25,210 nt of DNA, from the IMG/VR virus record IMGVR_UViG_3300009431_001072, one strand, 5' to 3'. A program made the translations under genes and the position numbers. The first letter of the stretch is position 1, and each line of letters opens with the position of its first letter. The DNA is from a virus. The notes under the pieces are model-generated. The model was given only the letters and a program-made list of their open reading frames with translations. It was not told the DNA's origin and did not search any database. Below are positions 6,479 through 10,867 of this stretch, one piece after another.

Positions 6479-6610
6479 GGATTGCTTACAGCACATAAAA
6501 CAATTTAACTAATCAGGACCCGGGTGTCGGCGGTTCAAATCCGTCTTTCCCTCCACGAGAGAAATAGCTCAGTTGGCTAGAGCGCCGGGTTAAAAGTTAA
6601 AACGCAATCC
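6479..6610 (+). ncRNA. stem-closed small-RNA unit 2 (ACAGCAC-box family) enclosing a permuted tRNA
   Basis: 132 nt. Terminal helix GGATTGC/GCAATCC, then TT + ACAGCAC (6488-6494). A second helix TTTAAC (6504-6509)/GTTAAA (6596-6601) brackets the tRNA halves. Confidence 0.55.
6514..6591 (+). tRNA. circularly permuted tRNA-like gene: 3' half (6514-6555) - CG linker - 5' half (6558-6591)
   Basis: 3' half: CAGGA-CCCGG (anticodon stem 3' strand)-GTGTC-GGCGG-TTCAAAT-CCGTC-TTTCCCT-CCA. 5' half: AGAGAAA-TA-GCTC-AGTTGGCTA-GAGC-G-CCGGG-TT. The two halves pair with each other: anticodon stem CCGGG/CCCGG 5 of 5, acceptor AGAGAAA/TTTCCCT 6 of 7 with an A-C at 3:70. Confidence 0.5.
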
Positions 6611-6629
6611 GATAAAATTTGAAAAAAAA

Positions 6630-6710
6630 GGCTGCATACAGCACACTAACTTTGGTTAAAACAACGTCTCGAAAACGTTCGAAATGGTTCAAACCCATAC
6701 AAATGCAGCC
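6630..6710 (+). ncRNA. stem-closed small-RNA unit 3 (ACAGCAC-box family), tRNA-derived appearance
   Basis: 81 nt. Terminal helix GGCTGCAT/ATGCAGCC (8 bp), box at 6638-6644. Hairpins: TAAC-TTTG-GTTA, anticodon-arm-like AACGT-CTCGAAA-ACGTT, and T-arm-like ATGG-TTCAAAC-CCAT. Confidence 0.5.
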
Positions 6711-6724
6711 TGTAGAAATTAATT

Positions 6725-6783
6725 GGGTTACTTACAGCACTTTAAAAGCACATCACTGTTAATGACAAACGCTAATGTAACCC
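6725..6783 (+). ncRNA. stem-closed small-RNA unit 4 (ACAGCAC-box family)
   Basis: 59 nt. Terminal helix GGGTTAC/GTAACCC, then TT + ACAGCAC (6734-6740). Weak internal hairpin with a CTGTTAA loop. Confidence 0.45.
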
Positions 6784-6826
6784 GGAATTTATAAAAAATT
6801 CATGTTTCGCCTCACGAAAGATGAAT

Positions 6827-6894
6827 GGCTACATACAGCACCACAAATACTTGATGATGATTAATTCATAATCACGGGGAAGCTTGCCGTAGCC
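6827..6894 (+). ncRNA. stem-closed small-RNA unit 5 (ACAGCAC-box family)
   Basis: 68 nt. Terminal helix GGCTAC/GTAGCC (6 bp), then AT + ACAGCAC (6835-6841). Internal hairpin TGATTA-ATTCA-TAATCA. Confidence 0.45.
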
Positions 6895-6931
6895 TGAAAA
6901 TAGTGCGGACTGCCCCAAATTGTAAAAAATT

Positions 6932-6947
6932 GGTATAAGAAATGTAC
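6932..6947 (+). promoter_or_regulatory. TG-GGTATAAGAAATGTAC promoter-like box, copy 4 (upstream of tmRNA)
   Basis: attTGGTATAAGAAATGTAC lies 40 nt upstream of the mature tmRNA 5' end. It is near-identical to the box at 1242-1257. Confidence 0.45.
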
Positions 6948-6986
6948 GTATGGCTCTATGAAAGAGTCTTTTCAGACTAAAAATAT

Positions 6987-7341
6987 GGGGATGAAATGGT
7001 TTCGATACATATTGAAGTTTACAGATGGCATTCTGAGGTCCTGGTTCCTCACTAATCTTCCGGGAAACAAATTTAAACGCAGATAACTATGCGTATGCAA
7101 TGGCTGCCTAGTTTGGCTGCCCGTGTTGTTTGAGTCTCGCCTATCAGGCTTTAACAATACGACGACTTTGATGGGATAGTTCTTTTATTTGTCTGAGGTA
7201 AAAGAGCGAAACTAAATCAGACTGGCTTTCTTCGAAGTTTTGTTTGTTGTGCTTCAGGGAGTGAAATTGAACAACAAACTAAGTATGTAGAGGTCTGTAA
7301 AAGTTAACATGTAGACTTCGGTTCAAATCCGAACATCTCCA
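6987..7341 (+). ncRNA. ssrA: tmRNA (SsrA), standard one-piece form
   Basis: The 5' GGGGATGAAATGGTTTCGA parallels E. coli GGGGCTGATTCTGGATTCGA. The 3' AAGTATGTAG...GACTTCGGTTCAAATCCGAACATCTCCA has T arm TTCGG-TTCAAAT-CCGAA. Acceptor GGGGATG/CATCTCC has G3-U70. Tag ORF GCA GAT AAC TAT GCG TAT GCA ATG GCT GCC TAG (7079-7111) gives ADNYAYAMAA*. 355 nt. Confidence 0.9.
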
Positions 7342-7453
7342 CAATCTTGTCAGTAACTGTTGGTAAATTTTTTAACTTATTTCTATCAGCAGAGTCTTTG
7401 GCGTAACAGCACACCGGATTTGTAATTTATATTTAACTTCAGGAGGAAAATAA

Positions 7454-7795
7454 GTGATTGAAAAATTAGCGAAAACTTTGTACGAGGTGGGAATGATCAA
7501 GAAATTGGCAAAAATTTTGTACGAAGTGGAAACATGGTCTAGCAGGTTAGAAACAAGTAAACACCCTTGGGATTGGATTATGCACTTCACCGGTTGTCTT
7601 TTATTAGTAATCACCGGATTAGCATCATGGTTAGGGGCAGCTCTAATAGCTGTTTACATTGAGTATGTCCAGAAGAGTCAGGTATGGTACAATAACCTGA
7701 CTTGGGAAGTTTACTTACGGGAGCATTCAATTGGTGATTTAATTGCTGATGCCTTAGGTATTATAGCAGCTATAGTGCTGTTGTGGATATTTTAG
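7454..7795 (+). CDS. small membrane protein (2 predicted TM helices) with duplicated N-terminal 13-aa repeat
   Basis: GTG start lies 8 nt after AGGAGG. The N-terminus is IEKLAKTLYEVGM / IKKLAKILYEVET (39-nt imperfect tandem repeat, 7457-7534). TM segments are FTGCLLLVITGLASWLGAALIAVYI and LIADALGIIAAIVLLWIF. Confidence 0.65.
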   Translation: MIEKLAKTLYEVGMIKKLAKILYEVETWSSRLETSKHPWDWIMHFTGCLLLVITGLASWLGAALIAVYIEYVQKSQVWYNNLTWEVYLREHSIGDLIADALGIIAAIVLLWIF

Positions 7796-7861
7796 TAACA
7801 AGTTTTTATCCTCCTCATCGATAGTATCGATGAGCCCCGAATAGCCCGAGCTATCGGGTCG

Positions 7862-7900
7862 GCCAGGCGGTATCCGGATACTTCCTGGCTATTTTTTTTT
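7862..7900 (+). terminator. rho-independent terminator (third of three consecutive hairpins)
   Basis: GCCAGG-CG-GTATCC/GGATAC-TT-CCTGGC followed by A+T9. It is preceded by hairpins 7814-7834 (CTCATCGATA-G-TATCGATGAG) and 7836-7858 (CCCGAATAGC-CCGA-GCTATCGGG, one bulge). Confidence 0.7.
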
Positions 7901-7956
7901 GGAACAATAAACAGATAATAAAGTTTAATAATGGAGTGTTACGGAGAAAAAAGTAC

Positions 7957-8991
7957 ATGACAAAATTTACAAAATTTTCTGCGATTGAAAATACCTATAG
8001 GGAAAAGACTATCAATCTTATAATTGAAGCAGGGCTAGAAAGTAATGAATGGTTTGTCTCTGAGAAAGTCCATGGAGCAAATTTTTCAATCTGGGTTGAT
8101 AGTGAAGGTAACATAAAGTTCGCGAAGAAAAGTGGGTTTATCTCTGGAAATGAAAATTTCTATAATCATACAAATGTAATTTCAGAATTGGACGACATTG
8201 GCAAACAAGTTTTGTCAGAAGCAGTATCGTATATTGGAGAAGATATCCATAGTTTAGCTATATATGGCGAGTATGCTGGAGGTACCTACCCTCACGAAGA
8301 TGTAGATAAAGTTGGTACTGCTAAGAAAGTCCAAAAAGGAGTCTACTACCATCCAGGAAACATTTTTTACGGTTTCGATATCAAAGTTAACGGATTATAC
8401 CTTAATCCGGATGTAACAAATTACATCTTTTCGGAGATTGAGTCTCCAATATTTTGTTATGCTAAGGATTTGTACGCAGGAGATCTTAAAGGTTGTCTAG
8501 AGTATCCTAATGATAAACCTTCACTTATTCACGAAGAGTTTAATTTACCAGCTATAGAAGATAATATCATGGAAGGCGTGGTAATAAAACCAGCCATTAC
8601 CTCATTCCTTGGAAATGGTAACCGTGTTATCCTCAAGAATAAAAACGCAAAGTTTGCAGAGAGGGAGCGAGGTATAAAAACACCGAAAGCACCGATTAGA
8701 TTATCTGAATCAGCGGATACACTATTGCAAGCTATAAGAGTTTATATAACAGAAAATCGTTTAAGAAATATAATTTCCCACGAAGGTACATTTACTCAAA
8801 AGGACTTTGGTAAATTGCAAGGACTATTTATCAAAGATACCCTCAAGGACGCATTAAAGGAAGACACTGTTACCAATATCAGCGAATCCCTGGAGAAAAA
8901 TGAGAGGAGAATAGTTAATAGAATAATAGGCAGAGAAGCTGCGGTACTGATTAGAACAAATTGGCTAAATATCATCGACGGAGGTTTTTGA
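7957..8991 (+). CDS. RNA ligase 2 (T4 Rnl2-like)
   Basis: The alignment to T4 Rnl2 as I recall it runs end to end. FTKFSAIENTY matches YSSLENHY. SEKVHGANFS matches REKIHGTNFS (motif I lysine). IYGEYAG matches VFGEFAG. EGVVIKP, NGNRVILKNKNAKFAE (NGNRVAIKCKNSKFSE) and the C-terminal domain DFGKLQGLFIKD also match. I start it at ATG 7957 (GGAGA RBS) rather than the GTG at 7936. Confidence 0.9.
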   Translation: MTKFTKFSAIENTYREKTINLIIEAGLESNEWFVSEKVHGANFSIWVDSEGNIKFAKKSGFISGNENFYNHTNVISELDDIGKQVLSEAVSYIGEDIHSLAIYGEYAGGTYPHEDVDKVGTAKKVQKGVYYHPGNIFYGFDIKVNGLYLNPDVTNYIFSEIESPIFCYAKDLYAGDLKGCLEYPNDKPSLIHEEFNLPAIEDNIMEGVVIKPAITSFLGNGNRVILKNKNAKFAERERGIKTPKAPIRLSESADTLLQAIRVYITENRLRNIISHEGTFTQKDFGKLQGLFIKDTLKDALKEDTVTNISESLEKNERRIVNRIIGREAAVLIRTNWLNIIDGGF

Positions 8992-9482
8992 TGAATACAT
9001 TTGATAAAGCCCGTAGTATTAAGGACCTAAATACGTTATATGATTTCATTACAGAGCTTTCTTTAAATAAAGACTCTCCGGTTAGAAATGTAGCAGCGGC
9101 AGCCATTGCAACTGTATTCACGCTAAAACAGGAGAACATATTCAATCTAGCAGATTATCAAATCTCTGAAGTGATGTGGTTATTTATCGATAACCTTACA
9201 TCTGAAAAAGACAAAAATATTATAACCACGACTCTTGAAACTAGAAAAACTTTGTTCCCTAAACCAGGACAACCGGGAATAGTCATTTCCCCAGAAATTT
9301 TTAATCTAATCCAAAAAGAAGCAGAAAATCTTTTAAAACTCCATCACGACGCAGTAGACTCTGAAAGAAAATATTGGGAATCGCTTGTGAAGGGCGTTGT
9401 TCCGAAAGGAATAACGGTGAGTGAAGAAATAAATGAAGAAATAAATGAAGAAGTAAGTAAAGAAGTAAATAAAGATAAGTAG
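8991..9482 (+). CDS. hypothetical protein with acidic repeat tail
   Basis: ATG at 8991 overlaps the Rnl2 stop (TGATG) and follows GGAGG. The C-terminus is EEINEEINEEVSKEVNKDK. No family recognised. Confidence 0.6.
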   Translation: MNTFDKARSIKDLNTLYDFITELSLNKDSPVRNVAAAAIATVFTLKQENIFNLADYQISEVMWLFIDNLTSEKDKNIITTTLETRKTLFPKPGQPGIVISPEIFNLIQKEAENLLKLHHDAVDSERKYWESLVKGVVPKGITVSEEINEEINEEVSKEVNKDK

Positions 9483-9536
9483 ACATATTTAATAACCCCG
9501 CCAATTAATTGGCATTAATTTATCAAAGAGGTACAT

Positions 9537-9893
9537 ATGTATTTAGAACAAGACGAACGCACTAGAAGACAAGAAGTCCCATATGTTGCGTACAAAGTAG
9601 ATGACGCAGTTGTGGTAGAAATGAACGTTCCCGGCTATACCGCTGATGATATTGAAGTGAAAGCCACAAAAAAGATAGTCCAAGTTTTTGGCACTCCTAA
9701 CAAAAATGTAGCCAAAGGACGCTGGACCAATGGATTCTATGTTTCGCTGCCAATCACAGAGGAAGACAAAATCGAAACTAATGGTGAAAATGTCGGAGTC
9801 AATTTAACTAATGGTATTCTTACCTTAACCTTTCCGGTTGCCGAGGAACACCGTAGTACAACACTTACGATCACAGAAGGTCAGCAGGAATAA
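9537..9893 (+). CDS. small heat-shock protein (Hsp20/alpha-crystallin domain)
   Basis: Alpha-crystallin pattern VVVEMNVPGYTADDIEVKATKKIVQVFG ... NGILTLTFPV. 118 aa. AGAGG RBS. Confidence 0.8.
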   Translation: MYLEQDERTRRQEVPYVAYKVDDAVVVEMNVPGYTADDIEVKATKKIVQVFGTPNKNVAKGRWTNGFYVSLPITEEDKIETNGENVGVNLTNGILTLTFPVAEEHRSTTLTITEGQQE

Positions 9894-9930
9894 CTGATAC
9901 AAGTGTAGTTGATTAAGAAAGTATACTTAC

Positions 9931-9967
9931 AAGGAGTGGGTGCAACATACCACTCCTTGAATTTTTT
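9931..9967 (+). terminator. rho-independent terminator
   Basis: AAGGAGTGG (9931-9939) / CCACTCCTT (9950-9958), 10-nt loop, then GAATTTTTT. Confidence 0.65.
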
Positions 9968-9986
9968 AGAAAGCTAAGGGAAATTT

Positions 9987-10478
9987 ATGAAACATCTTCA
10001 TGTTCATATCGATGGTAGCTGTAAGGGGAACCCCGGTCCGGGTGGTGTAGGGATAGTCTTTGTAGAACCAGATACTAACAAAATATTGGCTGAAAAATGC
10101 TTCGGTTATGAGCTTTCTACAAATAATCGAATGGAGCTTCTTGCTGCTATACACTCTCTAGATCTCTTAGTAAAAAGAGGGAAACCAATAAAAGTAGTCA
10201 AAATTTTCAGCGACTCAACCTATTTAGTTTTTCCTTTAACAAAAGGTTGGCTAACAGAATGGGAAAAAACTAATTTTAGAAAAAAAGCAAATTCGGACCT
10301 TTGGATAGTATTCATACTGTTACTGAAAGAAGTAAAAGAATTAGTAGAAACTATCGAGTTCCATTGGGAGGAAGGGAAAGTATCGGCAGAAAATCTTGCC
10401 GCAGATAATTTGGCAAAAAAAGCAACTGAATTAAAAATCTTAAAAAGAGATACCGGCTATGAAAAAAGAAATGAATGA
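9987..10478 (+). CDS. rnhA: ribonuclease HI
   Basis: HIDGSCKGNPGPGGVGIVF, TNNRMELLAAIHSL, IFSDSTYLV and a C-terminal AADNLA correspond to E. coli RNase HI segments TDGSCLGNPGPGGYG, TNNRMELMAAI, STDSQYV and CDELA. The His-loop region is divergent. Confidence 0.85.
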   Translation: MKHLHVHIDGSCKGNPGPGGVGIVFVEPDTNKILAEKCFGYELSTNNRMELLAAIHSLDLLVKRGKPIKVVKIFSDSTYLVFPLTKGWLTEWEKTNFRKKANSDLWIVFILLLKEVKELVETIEFHWEEGKVSAENLAADNLAKKATELKILKRDTGYEKRNE

Positions 10479-10556
10479 AAGATACAGCCATTACAGAGCA
10501 AGCATAGATGAAAAAAGAAATGAATGAAAGATACAGCCATTACAGAGCAAGCATAG
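10459..10556 (+). repeat. perfect 49-bp tandem duplication (2 copies)
   Basis: ATGAAAAAAGAAATGAATGAAAGATACAGCCATTACAGAGCAAGCATAG occurs at 10459-10507 and again at 10508-10556 with no mismatch. Confidence 0.95.
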
Positions 10557-10783
10557 ATGAGGAACGATTTAATGTGTTTGTGGAAGACTTAAAAGGCAAA
10601 GGCCATACGATACCAAAAAATGTTAATGCAATAACCAGGTGTGGTTTAGAAACTCAACTTGGAGAAGATAAAGGTATCGTGGTCCACGCAGAAGGATTTG
10701 CATTTTGCAATGCTAAAGACCAATTTTGTCGAAAACGGGGAAGACATATAGCCTTAGGCCGAGCACAGAAATTATTGGCTTAA
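10508..10783 (+). CDS. hypothetical protein
   Basis: 91 aa, starting at the first base of duplication copy 2. The motif AFCNAKDQFCRKRGRHIALGRA resembles a recurrent phage small-protein motif that I cannot name with confidence. Confidence 0.6.
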   Translation: MKKEMNERYSHYRASIDEERFNVFVEDLKGKGHTIPKNVNAITRCGLETQLGEDKGIVVHAEGFAFCNAKDQFCRKRGRHIALGRAQKLLA

Positions 10784-10790
10784 AATAGCA

Positions 10791-10836
10791 GTAGTCCGGA
10801 TTAACACCCGGACTACAACTATTGAAATTTTTTTTA
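10791..10836 (+). terminator. terminator candidate
   Basis: GTAGTCCGG (10791-10799) / CCGGACTAC (10808-10816), 8-nt loop. The T-run starts 12 nt downstream, which is further than ideal. Confidence 0.4.
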
Positions 10837-10867
10837 TTTAAAAAATGAAAAACCGAGAAAAATAAAG

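Noticed and set aside
6553-6555. An encoded CCA end in the permuted tRNA as proof of a mature 3' terminus.
   Set aside because: With a 7-bp acceptor (TTTCCCT) the first C would have to serve as the discriminator, leaving only CA. None of the other tRNAs or the tmRNA here encodes CCA. The CCA string may be fortuitous, so it is not used as evidence.
6630-6710. Unit 3 as a canonical tRNA-Ser(CGA).
   Set aside because: It has an acceptor-like helix, a perfect anticodon-arm-like hairpin (CTCGAAA loop) and a T-arm-like hairpin. However, no D stem can be formed, because the ACAGCAC region has no partner. The T stem is only 4 bp, 4 extra nt (ACAA) separate it from the 3' acceptor strand, and there is no class II variable arm as bacterial tRNA-Ser requires. 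I report it as tRNA-derived or tRNA-like only.
6395-6894. The repeated GG...ACAGCAC units could be read as a CRISPR array.
   Set aside because: The shared part is only a ~7-nt box plus non-identical helices. Unit lengths range from 57 to 132 nt and spacers from 14 to 43 nt. Each unit is internally self-complementary at its ends. No cas genes are present. The architecture is that of separate structured RNAs, not repeat-spacer-repeat.
6972-7157. 61-aa minus-strand ORF.
   Set aside because: It lies entirely inside the tmRNA gene. The minus ORFs 3295..3498 (over tRNA-Gly) and 5665..5889 (over tRNA-Cys) are likewise antisense to RNA genes.
7454-7795. The two-TM small protein as a holin.
   Set aside because: It is not adjacent to the only lysis-type enzyme (SLT at 4882, itself more likely virion- or periplasm-associated). 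Two TM helices alone are insufficient evidence. I left it as a membrane protein.
7936-7956. Upstream alternative starts offered by the ORF track (GTG 7936 for Rnl2, 8961 for the next gene, TTG 13176 for Rnl1, 20194 for the CgeB-like GT, GTG 493).
   Set aside because: In each case a downstream ATG has a better Shine-Dalgarno match and/or forms a TGATG/TAATG coupling junction. It also aligns with the N-terminus of the homologous family. The extended versions overlap the upstream gene or a hairpin.
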